From assembly GCA_963709465.1 (NCBI GenBank), contig CAVPWF010000001.1, positions 129,956-193,955 on the forward strand: a stretch of DNA of 64,000 bases, written 5' to 3'. Positions 18,547-29,019 of the stretch are shown piece after piece. The notes under the pieces are model-generated. The model was not told the origin of the DNA, searched no databases, and saw nothing but the letters and a program-made list of their open reading frames with translations. This DNA is from an uncultured Flavobacteriaceae bacterium. GTDB lineage: Bacteria; Bacteroidota; Bacteroidia; Flavobacteriales; Flavobacteriaceae. Numbering within the stretch: position 1 is the first letter of the stretch; every line of letters starts with the position of its first letter. The position numbers were made by a program, and so were the translations under genes.

Positions 18547-19056
18547 ATGAAAAAATGGATTGGGTTTATGACCTTCCTGCTTATGGCGAGCTGTCAACAG
18601 GAAAAAATCGGCTATGTCGATAATGTGAAACTGATGGACGGTTATAAAAAGAAACAAGAAGTTGAGGCCAGTTTTCAACTTAAATCAGAAGCTTTTGCCA
18701 GAAAGCGCGATAGTATTTCCCAGGCCTTTCAATTCGAGGCCCAACAACTTCAAACCGCTACAGAGAGCATGCCGAAGGATAGGGCCCAGGAAGCATTCGC
18801 TGTACTCCAACAAAAAGGACAAATGATGGGGCAGCAGTTGCAACAGGAAGAGCAACAAATCCAGCAGATGGGCCAGATGAAAATGGACAGCGTAGTGACC
18901 GAAGTTCGCGAAACCATCCAGGAATACGGGGCGGCCAATGGCTATCGTTTTATTTTTACAGGAGGAGAAGGAGGCAGCGTACTCTATGGAGATGATGCCT
19001 CTGACGTCACTGAGCAAGTTTTAAGCCAACTCAACGGCGGGCTTGCAAAGCAATAG
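18547..19056 (+). CDS. OmpH/Skp-family periplasmic chaperone (lipoprotein-like signal)
   Basis: Start trimmed to MKKWIGFMTFLLMASCQQEKIGYVD. Q/E-rich coiled-coil core typical of Skp/OmpH. Confidence 0.7.
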   Translation: MKKWIGFMTFLLMASCQQEKIGYVDNVKLMDGYKKKQEVEASFQLKSEAFARKRDSISQAFQFEAQQLQTATESMPKDRAQEAFAVLQQKGQMMGQQLQQEEQQIQQMGQMKMDSVVTEVRETIQEYGAANGYRFIFTGGEGGSVLYGDDASDVTEQVLSQLNGGLAKQ

Positions 19057-19080
19057 AACAAACACCGTGATTGATATAAG

Positions 19081-19111
19081 ACCCGGAGCTGCTTACAGTA
19101 CCGGGTTTTTT
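19081..19111 (+). terminator. putative rho-independent terminator after the ompH-like gene
   Basis: ACCCGG (19081-19086) pairs with CCGGGT (19101-19106) around a 14-nt loop and is followed by T6. Confidence 0.5.
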
Positions 19112-19505
19112 ATTGGAGAAGGAACAGGAGAAAAATGGCCGGGATAAAATAGACCACAATGGTTCGGGCACCTTCATAGTCTTTCGCTATTCGTTGTCCG
19201 AACAACAGCATCAACAATACAAGACAAGACACTAAAGCCCCTAAGAATGCAAGATTGTTTCCGCTTCCCAAAAGCAATTGAATCAATCCAATCCCACACA
19301 GAATTCCTGCAGCCAACTCCATGATAGTCAATACGATAAATAGAGTAGGGACGAAAGTTTTAAATGGAGTTTGTGAGAAATGATCACTAAGCCATGTAAG
19401 GTTTCCCTTCCAGTCCAGGAGTTTGTCAAGACCACTTTGAATAAAGGTAATGACCAGAAAGATGAGCAATAAAACTTCGGCAGCGTAATCTGTCAACACA
19501 TTCAT
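19110..19505 (-). CDS. DoxX-like small integral membrane protein
   Basis: 131 aa with four hydrophobic helices. Its start overlaps the holB stop by 4 nt. Confidence 0.6.
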   Translation of the reverse strand: MNVLTDYAAEVLLLIFLVITFIQSGLDKLLDWKGNLTWLSDHFSQTPFKTFVPTLFIVLTIMELAAGILCGIGLIQLLLGSGNNLAFLGALVSCLVLLMLLFGQRIAKDYEGARTIVVYFIPAIFLLFLLQ

Positions 19506-20668
19506 AAAGACATTTTTTGAGCCGGTTTGGCGTGCAGTAGGCGGGTTAACTTAATGGAAAGATCGGTAAATATAATTTTGGCATTCCCATTGCGCAAGAT
19601 GTGATATCGAGCGCGTTCAAACTCCTGAACCATCTCGCGCACATTATTTTCATGAATAAAAGAGGCGAAGCGCTCCAGATCAAAGTCCGAATCGTGCATT
19701 TTGAGATAAACCAGCGAATGCGCGTTGTAGTTGATTAACATGGCCTGGCGAATCAGCGACAGACAATAGGCCAGAAACTTTTTTTGCGTTTCCCTCCCGG
19801 TTTTTGAAACTTCCTCACTCCACAGGATAAGTTCGTGTATAGCGGCCCGATTCCCTTTGGCTTTAAAAGCGGTGCGCGCCCATTGGGCGAACCATTTTTC
19901 AAAGATCAGATCCTCTGAATCCTGCAACATAAGATCCAGGGCCTTGTTGAAATTACCGTTGGCTTCCTGCGCTAAGTGATGCGCCTCCTCCCTGGATGCC
20001 CCCTGTTGAATGAGCCCATCTGTGATCACGGATTCCGGCAAGGCGGGAAATTGAAGGATTTGACAACGGCTTTTAAGCGTCTTGAGAAGTTGCCCGGGAT
20101 CTTCGGCAATCATGAGTAGGACTGTTTTCTGCGGAGGCTCTTCTATAAGCTTGAGGAGTTTATTGGCCGCCGAGGAATTCATGCGATCTACCATCCAAAT
20201 AATCATGATTTTGTAGCCTCCCTCGTAAGACTTCAAGCTTAGTTTGCGAACAATATCCTGAGCTTCATCCACCCCGATCTGGCCCTGTTTTTTCTCAATG
20301 CCAATTGCCCTGTACCAGTCGAATAGGTTTCCATAAGGCTGTTCGGACAGAAAAGTGCTCCACGCGGCTCTGTAATGATCACTTACCGGGTGGCTGGAAA
20401 CGGTTTCAGAGGTCGCTACCGGAAAAGCAAAATGCAAATCAGGATGGTTCAGGTGGTCACATTTTTTATTGCAGTCTATGTTTCCACCTGCATTTTCGCC
20501 TCCTTTATTTTTGCAGAGCAGGTATTGTGCATAGGCCACGGCCATGGGTAAAGTCCCCGAACCTTCCGGACCTATAAATAGCTGTGCATGCGGTACGCGA
20601 CCTGCATCGGCGCTAGAGGTGAGGTGGTGTTTTAAATGATTCAGTCCCAGGACCTGAGAAAACTTCAT
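19502..20668 (-). CDS. holB: DNA polymerase III subunit delta-prime
   Basis: Start trimmed to MKFSQVLGLNHLKHHL (minus-strand ATG at 20666-20668). Contains HAQLFIGPEGSGTLPMAVAYAQYLLC, a Cys cluster and SRCQ. Confidence 0.8.
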   Translation of the reverse strand: MKFSQVLGLNHLKHHLTSSADAGRVPHAQLFIGPEGSGTLPMAVAYAQYLLCKNKGGENAGGNIDCNKKCDHLNHPDLHFAFPVATSETVSSHPVSDHYRAAWSTFLSEQPYGNLFDWYRAIGIEKKQGQIGVDEAQDIVRKLSLKSYEGGYKIMIIWMVDRMNSSAANKLLKLIEEPPQKTVLLMIAEDPGQLLKTLKSRCQILQFPALPESVITDGLIQQGASREEAHHLAQEANGNFNKALDLMLQDSEDLIFEKWFAQWARTAFKAKGNRAAIHELILWSEEVSKTGRETQKKFLAYCLSLIRQAMLINYNAHSLVYLKMHDSDFDLERFASFIHENNVREMVQEFERARYHILRNGNAKIIFTDLSIKLTRLLHAKPAQKMSL

Positions 20669-20744
20669 AATCTCAAAGATAGTCTTTTGAAGGAACACAA
20701 ATGAAAAAGCGGCAGGACCCATGGAGTGTCATTTCAATTATGAG

Positions 20745-20752
20745 TATTTTTG
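20745..20752 (+). promoter_or_regulatory. putative -7 promoter box (TATTTTTG) upstream of pgk
   Basis: Matches TAnnTTTG and ends 22 nt before the pgk ATG at 20775. Confidence 0.3.
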
Positions 20753-20774
20753 TCACTTCAACAAAGCAAGTAAG

Positions 20775-21977
20775 ATGAAAACGATTGAAGATTTCGATTT
20801 TAAAGATAAAAAAGCCCTGATCCGTGTGGATTTCAATGTCCCCCTGGATTCCGATCTGAACGTGTCGGACAACAACCGAATTGAAGCGGCTAAACCGACG
20901 ATCATAAAAATTCTGGAAGACGGTGGAAGCGCCATTTTAATGAGCCACCTGGGAAGACCAAAGGGCACAAAGAATGCGGATATGTCACTGTCTCACATTG
21001 TCGAAAGTGTTTCCGAAACATTGGGCGTAAAAGTGAAATTTGTAGCGGACTGCATAGGAGCTTCTGTTGCCCAGGCAGTAGAAGAATTGAGAAGCGGGGA
21101 GGTATTGTTGTTGGAAAACCTGCGGTTTTATAAAGAAGAAGAATCCGGAGACTTAGATTTTGCAGAGCAGCTATCGCATTGGGGAGACGTTTTTGTAAAT
21201 GATGCCTTCGGAACAGCGCACCGGGCTCATGCCTCAACTACGGTAATTGCCCAATACTTTCCAGAACGCAAGTGTTTTGGATATCTTCTCGCTGCAGAAA
21301 TTAAAGCAATTGACACCGTAATGAAAACAGGAAAAAAGCCAGTCACAGCAATCCTGGGAGGGGCCAAAGTATCCAGTAAGATTACGATTATAGAAAATAT
21401 TTTGGAGAAAATAGACCACCTTATTATCGGCGGAGGAATGACCTACACCTTTGTGCTCGCGCAGGGGGGGGCCGTAGGAGATTCTATTTGTGAGCCGGAC
21501 AAGGTCGATCTCGCCCACTCTATTTTGAAAAAAGCCAGCGCTTTGGGTGTTCAGGTTCACTTACCGGTAGATGTAGTGGCAGCGGATGCTTTTAGCAATG
21601 AAGCCCAAACTCGTGTGATGCCTGCCAACGCGATTGAAAAAGGATGGCAGGGTCTGGATGCAGGACCTGAAACCCTCAAGCAGTTCAGGGAGGTCATATT
21701 GCAGTCTAAAACCATTCTCTGGAATGGGCCTGTTGGGGTTTTTGAAATGGAAAATTTTTCGAAAGGAACTATTGAAGTTGGGAACGCTGTTGTTGAAGCC
21801 ACTGAGAATGGCGCTTTTTCCCTGGTAGGGGGAGGAGATTCTGTGGCGGCCGTAAAACAGTTTGGGTTTCAGGATAAAGTCAGTTATGTCTCTACCGGAG
21901 GCGGGGCCATGCTCGAAAGTCTCGAAGGAAAAACGCTGCCTGGGATTGCGGCAATTATGCAAGAACCTAAACCGTAA
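20775..21977 (+). CDS. pgk: phosphoglycerate kinase
   Basis: Start trimmed to [23 protein letters not shown]. Contains [17 protein letters not shown] and STGGGA blocks. Confidence 0.95.
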   Translation: MKTIEDFDFKDKKALIRVDFNVPLDSDLNVSDNNRIEAAKPTIIKILEDGGSAILMSHLGRPKGTKNADMSLSHIVESVSETLGVKVKFVADCIGASVAQAVEELRSGEVLLLENLRFYKEEESGDLDFAEQLSHWGDVFVNDAFGTAHRAHASTTVIAQYFPERKCFGYLLAAEIKAIDTVMKTGKKPVTAILGGAKVSSKITIIENILEKIDHLIIGGGMTYTFVLAQGGAVGDSICEPDKVDLAHSILKKASALGVQVHLPVDVVAADAFSNEAQTRVMPANAIEKGWQGLDAGPETLKQFREVILQSKTILWNGPVGVFEMENFSKGTIEVGNAVVEATENGAFSLVGGGDSVAAVKQFGFQDKVSYVSTGGGAMLESLEGKTLPGIAAIMQEPKP

Positions 21978-22056
21978 GGGATTAAGAACACTTTAAGGAC
22001 AAAAAATGCGTTCTTACTAAAAAACAGATGAATTCAATTTGGGTATTTTCAACACT

Positions 22057-23646
22057 ATGAAATTAAGCGGTATAAAGTTTCTGATTTTTGCAGGGGCGCT
22101 GCTTTTAACACAGGCAGGCATCGGTCAGGTGCAGCAACCTCAAGACGCCGTTTCCGGAAATGACAGCACTGTTTTGAAATTTATAGAGAACCCCGTGAAA
22201 GACCTGCAGGAGGTGGCGCTTTCAGAAGGGACAGACTCTCTGATCAGCACACTGAAGGATCATCCTGAGGCGGCCAGGTTTGATAGCCTCTGGTTGCAGG
22301 AACTCCGAATGGCCAGCCAGAGTTTTACCGAAATGTCCAGTGAAATACAGGAAGTGGCAGCCGACTCACTGAATGTCAAAACGGATTCGATTGCTACAGA
22401 ATTATTAAAAGAGCGTTTGCGTTTGCTGGACGAGAAAACCCCGTTTAACATTAGTTACAATCCCTCCCTTGAAAGGGTGATTAATCATTTCCTGACCCAC
22501 AGAAGAGATTTAATGCAACGCATGCTCTCTGAGAGCACTTACTATTTCCCACTATTTGAGGAAACACTGGATAAGTACAACCTTCCTCTGGAATTGAAAT
22601 ACCTCTCTATTGTTGAGTCTGCGTTGAATCCTACCGCGAAATCGAGGGTAGGGGCGACCGGCCTTTGGCAGTTCATGTACAGCACGGGACGAATTTACGG
22701 ATTGGATGTAAGCAGTTATGTAGATGAACGGAGTGACCCGGTTATGGCCACGGATGCAGCGAGCAGGTATCTCTCTAAGCTTCACGATATTTTTGACGAC
22801 TGGGACCTGGCGCTTGCCGCCTATAATTCCGGCCCGGGGAATGTCAATAAGGCCATCAGGCGATCCGGAGGGTATCAGAATTACTGGAGTATTCGCGGGT
22901 TTCTTCCCAGAGAAACTGCGGGCTATGTTCCCGCATTTCTGGCTACTATGTATGTGTTTGAATACGCTGAAGAATACGGGATTAAACCCACTGAGTCTAG
23001 ACGGTATGCATTTGAAACAGACACCGTATTAGTTAAAGGAACCATCACTTTTGAACAAGTAACGGAGATCACGGGGGTACCCGAAGAAGAGCTTAAAATC
23101 CTGAATCCCGCATATAAACTGGGGATTATCCCTAAGATTACCGGGAAGGACTATACTTTGAGGCTTCCATCTTCGGCTATAGGACCTTTTGTATCCAACG
23201 AAGTGGCGTTGTATGAAAAATTTAAGAAAGAGATTGAAGCCCGCGAGCTGGCACTTCCGAAATATGTAGAATCCAACGACCGTATTCGCTACAGGGTGCG
23301 CAGCGGGGATTATCTGGGCAAAATAGCGGAGCGCTACGGCGTTGGGGTTAGTCAGATAAAACAGTGGAACGGGTTAAAGTCCAATATGCTGCGAGAAGGA
23401 CAACGACTCACAATTTATCCGCGGAAACCCGTTGCTATAGAATCTGCAGCACCGTCCACCAGCAAGGCGGTTGCGGCCTCAGATTCTGGCGACAAGGTTC
23501 ATGTAGTCGAGAAGGGGGATTCGCTCTGGACGATTTCTAAAAAATATCAGGGAGTTTCAATCGAAAATCTTCGAGAATGGAACGGTATTCGCGGTAATGA
23601 CTTAAAACCTGGAACACGGCTGAAGTTGTGCAGTTGTGCTCCCTAA
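22057..23646 (+). CDS. lytic murein transglycosylase (MltD-like) with two C-terminal LysM domains
   Basis: SLT catalytic block (LSIVESALNPTAKSRVGATGLWQFM, AAYNSGPGNV). Two LysM repeats (YRVRSGDYLGKIAERYGV.. and HVVEKGDSLWTISKKYQGV..). Confidence 0.85.
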   Translation: MKLSGIKFLIFAGALLLTQAGIGQVQQPQDAVSGNDSTVLKFIENPVKDLQEVALSEGTDSLISTLKDHPEAARFDSLWLQELRMASQSFTEMSSEIQEVAADSLNVKTDSIATELLKERLRLLDEKTPFNISYNPSLERVINHFLTHRRDLMQRMLSESTYYFPLFEETLDKYNLPLELKYLSIVESALNPTAKSRVGATGLWQFMYSTGRIYGLDVSSYVDERSDPVMATDAASRYLSKLHDIFDDWDLALAAYNSGPGNVNKAIRRSGGYQNYWSIRGFLPRETAGYVPAFLATMYVFEYAEEYGIKPTESRRYAFETDTVLVKGTITFEQVTEITGVPEEELKILNPAYKLGIIPKITGKDYTLRLPSSAIGPFVSNEVALYEKFKKEIEARELALPKYVESNDRIRYRVRSGDYLGKIAERYGVGVSQIKQWNGLKSNMLREGQRLTIYPRKPVAIESAAPSTSKAVAASDSGDKVHVVEKGDSLWTISKKYQGVSIENLREWNGIRGNDLKPGTRLKLCSCAP

Positions 23647-23657
23647 TCAGAACCTTT

Positions 23658-24638
23658 ATGAAACCTTTCCTTATTTCCGTTTTCTCTGCAGTCTTTTTGC
23701 TGGCCTGCCAGGACAAACCATCAAAGCAGTATAAACCCGCTTCTTTAGGAGCCATAAACACCCTTGCCGTGGTTATGGATAACGAATTGTGGGAAGGTGC
23801 GGTCGGAGACAAGGTTCGCGAGCATTTTGCAGCCCCGGTCCTGGGGCTCACATGGGACGAACCCCTTTTGAACCTGGAGCACATGCCCGGCAGTGTTTTT
23901 CGAGGAACAACCCGCCACCGCAGGGCAGTTCTATTCGTAGATTTAGACACGGTCAGTGGGGCTCAAATCCAGGACGACCTCTACGCCAGTCCCCAGAAGG
24001 TTGCCGTGATCAAGGGAAAGACCGAGGCCGAACTTATCGCATCTATCGAATCTGCTTCTGAGCAGATTATTTCCTCCTTTAAGGGAATGGAGCTAGAAGA
24101 GTCCCAAAATCGCTTTTTACGATCGCTTAGCAAAGAAACGGTATTGTCTGAAAAATTCGGAATTTCTCTGCGCCTGCCGTCCCTTTATAGCGTGGGAAAA
24201 CAGGAAGAAGACTTTGTTTGGATTGACCGCGAAATCCAAAAAGGGAGTATGAACATCATTGTTTATGAAATGCCCGGGGAAAGTTTCAACTCGGATTCGA
24301 CCTTTGTTCAGGACATCCTGCAAATGAGGGACTCCATTGGGAAGAAGTATATCCCGGGCCCTGATGTCCCGGGAAAAATAACGTATATGGGGACTGAAAA
24401 GGCTTTTGCACCCTACATTTTCCCGGCAGAAGTGGCGGGGAAGAAAGCTGTTGAGGTGCGGGGGATTTGGGAAGTCGTCAATTACCCTATGGCAGGCCCC
24501 TTTTTAACCTATATCATCAACGACGAAGAGCGTAACAGGAAACTGGTGCTCGAGGGATTTACCTTCGCGCCCGCCACTAATAAAAGGGATTATATGTTTG
24601 AGCTGGAGGCTATTATGAAGACCGTTAGCTTTCAGTGA
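23658..24638 (+). CDS. conserved lipoprotein of unknown function (recalled as DUF4837-like, unverified)
   Basis: Start trimmed to MKPFLISVFSAVFLLACQDK (lipobox LLAC). 326 aa, immediately downstream of the LysM transglycosylase. Confidence 0.65.
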   Translation: MKPFLISVFSAVFLLACQDKPSKQYKPASLGAINTLAVVMDNELWEGAVGDKVREHFAAPVLGLTWDEPLLNLEHMPGSVFRGTTRHRRAVLFVDLDTVSGAQIQDDLYASPQKVAVIKGKTEAELIASIESASEQIISSFKGMELEESQNRFLRSLSKETVLSEKFGISLRLPSLYSVGKQEEDFVWIDREIQKGSMNIIVYEMPGESFNSDSTFVQDILQMRDSIGKKYIPGPDVPGKITYMGTEKAFAPYIFPAEVAGKKAVEVRGIWEVVNYPMAGPFLTYIINDEERNRKLVLEGFTFAPATNKRDYMFELEAIMKTVSFQ

Positions 24639-24661
24639 TTGGCTTCCTTTATGTAACTCAT

Positions 24662-24692
24662 AAAAAAAGCCCCTTAGTTAGGGGCTTTTTTT
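24662..24692. terminator. bidirectional rho-independent terminator
   Basis: AAAAAAAGCCCCT-tagtt-AGGGGCTTTTTTT: a perfect GC-rich stem flanked by an A7 and a T7 run, between convergent genes. Confidence 0.85.
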
Positions 24693-24721
24693 GTAGTGGT
24701 AACAGATGAAATCTCAAGACC

Positions 24722-24892
24722 TTAATTAAAGGCAAACCCTGTTGAAACTCTAAAAATAAAGGCATACATGGTGACCAGCCAAAGGGCAAAGCAAAACCAT
24801 GAAAAGACCTTAAAGTATTTTGTGAGGATAATACTTGTCCAGTTTCTAAAGGCTTCTACATAGATTTCTCTTACGAGTATTAATTTTTCCAT
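24722..24892 (-). CDS. small hypothetical membrane protein (56 aa)
   Basis: MEKLILVREIYVEAFRNWTSIILTKYFKVFSWFCFALWLVTMYAFIF..: one strong TM helix. Ends just upstream of the bidirectional terminator. The coding status is uncertain. Confidence 0.35.
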   Translation of the reverse strand: MEKLILVREIYVEAFRNWTSIILTKYFKVFSWFCFALWLVTMYAFIFRVSTGFAFN

Positions 24893-25055
24893 ATGTGTTC
24901 TTTTAGAGTGTTTCTGCAACAAAGATGTCGCGTTGTACTCCTAATATTGAAAATATCAGATGAAACACGGAAAAATCAGAATGAAATGCGAAGGTGTCTT
25001 CCAAGGGCCCTTCAAAGTACTGTAAATGCACTTCACGGGGTAAGGAATGGATTGA

Positions 25056-27548
25056 TTACATGTTTACGATAATGAATTCAGATCTCCTGTTGCGCTGGTG
25101 TTGATCTTCGGTACATCGCACACTTCCATCACACTCATTGAGTAATTGAGATTCTCCAAAGCCGTCAGCGCTTTCGATGCGCTCGCGGTCAATACCCTGG
25201 CTAATCAGGTAATCACGGGTGCTTTTCGCCCTCCGATCTGAGAGCTTTTGGTTATAGGCTTTCGGCCCCCTCGAGTCGGTATGCGCGGCAATTTTAATGA
25301 CCATTGAAGGGTATTCCTGCATCACTGCAACGAGTTTATCTAATTCAAGGGCGGCGTCTTCGCGTACCGTGTCTTTGTCAAAATCAAAATAGATCATCTC
25401 CGTTTTGAGCTTCTTAATACCATCTTCTATGGTGACCAACTCTTCGAGTTTGCTCATCGTAACATCTGTGTAGACTAAATTATTCTCCTCAGTCTCAATG
25501 AACTTGTCTTTTTCAGCATAGAGGTCCTTTTGAAGTCGGAGGTGATATTTTTTGTGACTGTCCAGATCTTCAAATACGAAACCGCCATCCGCATCCGAAA
25601 TCACTTCTTTCAGTTTAATATTGTTTTCATCCAGGAGTTCCACGAGGGCATCCGGTAGCCTGTCTCCTGTGATTTTGTCTGTAATGACACCGGCTATGGC
25701 GTTTTCATTAACCTCTTCAGGGAACAGGCGCTCAAAGCTATAGAGGTCATCGTCGCCTTTACCGCCGTCTCTATTGGAAGCGAAATATCCTTTTTGGGTT
25801 TCTTCACTGACAATAAAGGAAAAGTCGTCTTTGCCACTGTTAATGGGTTTCCCCATATTTATAATGTCCCGGAACCCTTCTTCTTCATCAAATTCTGCCT
25901 GAAAGACATCCAGTCCCCCTAGTCCTGTATGCCCATCCGAGGAGAAGTACAGTTTTGTGCCCGTAAAAAACGGAAACATCTCTTTTTGTTCCGTATTGAT
26001 TTGGGTGCCGAGGTTTTTAGGCATGGAATACGTTCCGTCTTCATAAATATCCACAGTGAAAATATCTGTTTCCCCCATACTTCCCGGCCTGTCTGATACG
26101 AAATACAATTGTTTTCCATCCGGACTTACCGCCGGATGCCCCGTGGAGTAGTCATCTCCATTGAAAGGCAATTCCTCGGCCTCTGACCATTCTCCATTTA
26201 CTTTCTGAGACCGATAAAGTTTCAGATGGTTTACGCCCTGATTGTCTCTCCGCAGCTTTTTCCCAAAATTATTTCGGGTAAAATACATGGTGTTGTGGTC
26301 TGGAGAAAAGGCCACTGCCGCCTCGTGATACTTGGTGTTGATGCTTTTGGAGAATTTAACGGCAGAATTCAACTCATCTGATTCTTCATTCATCTTCGCC
26401 ACATACAGATCCAGGTAAGGTTGCTCATTCCATTTGTATCGACGCGTCGCAAAAAACGCGGAGTCCAGGGAAGAGGCATAAACGATCTTATCTTCTTCAT
26501 AAAAGGTTGGTGCGAAGTCTGAATATTCAGAATTTATCTGCAGGTTTTTAACGGCAAACATTTCGTCTGCATCCAGGATGTTGTCCAGGGTAGTCTCGCG
26601 CTCGAGGACTTCCTGCTGGCGATATCTTCCAACAGGAGACCCTTCGACTTTTTTGTCATATAATTTGAGAATGCGCCTTGCCCTCCCATATTTTCCTAAA
26701 CCTTTAAGGGATTGAGAGTACTTAAAAAGGTATTCCGCGGAAAGTTCTTCGTCAGCGGCCTCGTATAATTTTTCGTACCAGAAGTTGGCGCGCTCCATAT
26801 CTGAGTTAAAGTAATGAGCATCGGCCACACGCTCTATGATTTCAGGACTTGAAATTTCAGGGTTTCGCTCCAATCCAAGTTCGTATAATTCGGCTGCATC
26901 GGCGTACCACATCTTCTCAAAATACTGATCGGCTTTTTTTATGATAGCATTTGGAGCGGCTTTAGCTTCTGAAAAGTCCGTCTTGTTTTCCAGGACGCTG
27001 CTCGCTGGGGAGGTCGGACTTTCCGTTTGAAGGGTAAAGGGTTCCGCCGGATCAATCGGCTCATTCTCTACAACCAGCAATTCTATAATGGTGTTTTTTC
27101 CTTTTTCAACTACTTTACGGGCAGCCAGGAGGGCTTCTTCTCCGGAATCAAAACGCGAATTGCAGAGATAGAGTTTTTCATCTTCCGGATGAACAAAAGA
27201 AATGACATCCACCCCGTTGCGATTGAGCCTTTTGTATAGTTTTGAAACGCCTATGGAAGATTCCAAAACAGTAATTACCGGGTAAAATCCTTTTTCTACA
27301 CCCTTCATCCGGTAGTAGCTCACAATTGGGATGCCCAGGTCGCTAGCCTCCTGTACCCACAGATCCTCTTCATCGGACTTCGTTTCCGCGGCAGTCTCTG
27401 AATCTAAGATCTCCTCTTCCAACTCCTGGCCTGCCATAACACCCAGGCCAATCTCCTGCGCATTTACTGCAGACCCGGAAAAAACAGAAAGGAAGATCAG
27501 CAAGGCGCAGAAAATGGCAGAACGATTAATGTGGGTTGAACTTCTCAC
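25056..27548 (-). CDS. large OmpA-family peptidoglycan-associated protein (TPR + PD40/TolB-like propeller repeats + CarboxypepD_reg-like + OmpA_C)
   Basis: 830 aa with a signal peptide. PD40-type repeats (MYFTRNNF, LYFVSDRPGSMGETDIF, LYFSSDGHTGLGGLDVF, GYFASNRDGGKGDDDLY). OmpA C-terminal block IYFDFDKDTV..AHTDSRGPKAYNQKLSDRRA..NRRSEFII. Confidence 0.85.
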   Translation of the reverse strand: MRSSTHINRSAIFCALLIFLSVFSGSAVNAQEIGLGVMAGQELEEEILDSETAAETKSDEEDLWVQEASDLGIPIVSYYRMKGVEKGFYPVITVLESSIGVSKLYKRLNRNGVDVISFVHPEDEKLYLCNSRFDSGEEALLAARKVVEKGKNTIIELLVVENEPIDPAEPFTLQTESPTSPASSVLENKTDFSEAKAAPNAIIKKADQYFEKMWYADAAELYELGLERNPEISSPEIIERVADAHYFNSDMERANFWYEKLYEAADEELSAEYLFKYSQSLKGLGKYGRARRILKLYDKKVEGSPVGRYRQQEVLERETTLDNILDADEMFAVKNLQINSEYSDFAPTFYEEDKIVYASSLDSAFFATRRYKWNEQPYLDLYVAKMNEESDELNSAVKFSKSINTKYHEAAVAFSPDHNTMYFTRNNFGKKLRRDNQGVNHLKLYRSQKVNGEWSEAEELPFNGDDYSTGHPAVSPDGKQLYFVSDRPGSMGETDIFTVDIYEDGTYSMPKNLGTQINTEQKEMFPFFTGTKLYFSSDGHTGLGGLDVFQAEFDEEEGFRDIINMGKPINSGKDDFSFIVSEETQKGYFASNRDGGKGDDDLYSFERLFPEEVNENAIAGVITDKITGDRLPDALVELLDENNIKLKEVISDADGGFVFEDLDSHKKYHLRLQKDLYAEKDKFIETEENNLVYTDVTMSKLEELVTIEDGIKKLKTEMIYFDFDKDTVREDAALELDKLVAVMQEYPSMVIKIAAHTDSRGPKAYNQKLSDRRAKSTRDYLISQGIDRERIESADGFGESQLLNECDGSVRCTEDQHQRNRRSEFIIVNM

Positions 27549-27736
27549 GGTGTAGCGATTTGAGGAAAATTAATTTCGAATCTCTAAAATACCGCAATGA
27601 GCAGCGCCGGCTAATTTTTTGTTGTAAAACCCTATAAATATGCTACTAAGGGGGGTTTCGGGTAAGTGTGAACAGAAATTGGGCACCCCGATAGCCGGCT
27701 TTTTCGGGCGTGCCGGATTCTTAAAAATGGGCAAGC

Positions 27737-27767
27737 AAAAAAAAGGCATCCCACAGAGGATGCCTTT
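27737..27767 (-). terminator. rho-independent terminator of tatA
   Basis: AAAGGCATCC (27742-27751) pairs with GGATGCCTTT (27758-27767). On the minus strand the stem is followed by a T8 run. It lies 20 nt after the tatA stop. Confidence 0.8.
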
Positions 27768-27787
27768 AAAATTCAAACGGGATATGT

Positions 27788-27970
27788 TTATTCCTGTTTT
27801 TCTTCTAATTTATCATCTTCTCTGGAAGCGTCCTTGAACTCTTTGATTCCACTGCCCAAACCGCGCATTAATTCCGGTATTTTCTTTCCTCCGAAAAGCA
27901 GCAGAACTATAACGACAATAACCGCGATCTGCCAAGGGCCTATAGCCAAAAATATTCCGAGTGCATTCAT
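27788..27970 (-). CDS. tatA: twin-arginine translocase subunit TatA/E
   Basis: Start trimmed to [46 protein letters not shown] (60 aa), which is the canonical TatA TM helix plus amphipathic helix. Confidence 0.9.
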   Translation of the reverse strand: MNALGIFLAIGPWQIAVIVVIVLLLFGGKKIPELMRGLGSGIKEFKDASREDDKLEEKQE

Positions 27971-28147
27971 ATCAACACTTTTTTTAAGACTGTAAAGGTA
28001 GTAAAAAACGGGATAGGAATCTTTTAATTGTGGTATAAGGTGTATTTTAGACATCCAGAATTGAGGCTTCCAGAGCCTTGATATAATAGCCCCGGCAGGA
28101 TTGAGCTTGATGGCAATCCAGGATTATGGGCATATGGACGGACACTC

Positions 28148-29014
28148 ATGGAGCAGAAAAAAAAGAGAAAGGAACTCAAGCGTAAGCTTCTACATAAGTA
28201 CCGGCTCGTCATTCTGAACGAAAGTACCTTCGAGGAAAAGATATCTTTCAAGTTGAGTCGCTTGAATGTCTTCGTCACAGGGACCTTGCTGATCATTGGC
28301 CTGATTGGATTTACCACTTTGTTGATTGCCTTTACGCCCCTGAGGGAGTACATCCCCGGATACTCCTCTACAGCTTTGAAAAGGCAGGCAACGGAGCTGA
28401 CTTACACAACCGACTCCCTGGTAAACGCACTTAATTATACTAATCGGTATTTAGAAAATATCCGAAAGGTTTTGCGAGGGGATATTGAAACGTCCGAGAT
28501 TAATCCGGACTCCGTTTTTGAGAGTATTAAACTCGACCCTTCTCAATTGGACTTAAGCCCGATTCGGGAGGATAGTATTTTAAGGGCTGCGGTGGCTTTG
28601 GAAGACCGGTATAATCTTTTTGAGCAACCCATATTTGACGGGAGTATCCTGTTGTACACGCCTCTGACCGGAACAATATCTCAGACTTATAATGCGGATC
28701 TAAAACATTTTGCAATAGACATCGTTGCCGTTAAAGACACTCCTGTAAAAGCGGTGGCTACCGGGCGCGTTATTTTTGCTGAATGGACAGCCTCCACAGG
28801 GTATGTCGTTATTTTGGAGCATAATCAGGATTTGATATCCGTATATAAACACAACGGATCGCTCACAAAGGATCAGGGCAATATCGTCCGTGCGGGGGAG
28901 GTAATAGCTACAGTGGGGAATACCGGAGAATTGACTACCGGACCTCATTTACATTTTGAATTGTGGAAAGGCGGAAACCCGGTAAATCCGGAGAATTATA
29001 TTGATTTTAACTGA
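28148..29014 (+). CDS. M23 family metallopeptidase (membrane-anchored)
   Basis: 288 aa. N-terminal TM helix. LytM-type motifs (HFAIDI, GNTGELTTGPHLHFELW). Confidence 0.85.
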   Translation: MEQKKKRKELKRKLLHKYRLVILNESTFEEKISFKLSRLNVFVTGTLLIIGLIGFTTLLIAFTPLREYIPGYSSTALKRQATELTYTTDSLVNALNYTNRYLENIRKVLRGDIETSEINPDSVFESIKLDPSQLDLSPIREDSILRAAVALEDRYNLFEQPIFDGSILLYTPLTGTISQTYNADLKHFAIDIVAVKDTPVKAVATGRVIFAEWTASTGYVVILEHNQDLISVYKHNGSLTKDQGNIVRAGEVIATVGNTGELTTGPHLHFELWKGGNPVNPENYIDFN

Positions 29015-29019
29015 ATATA

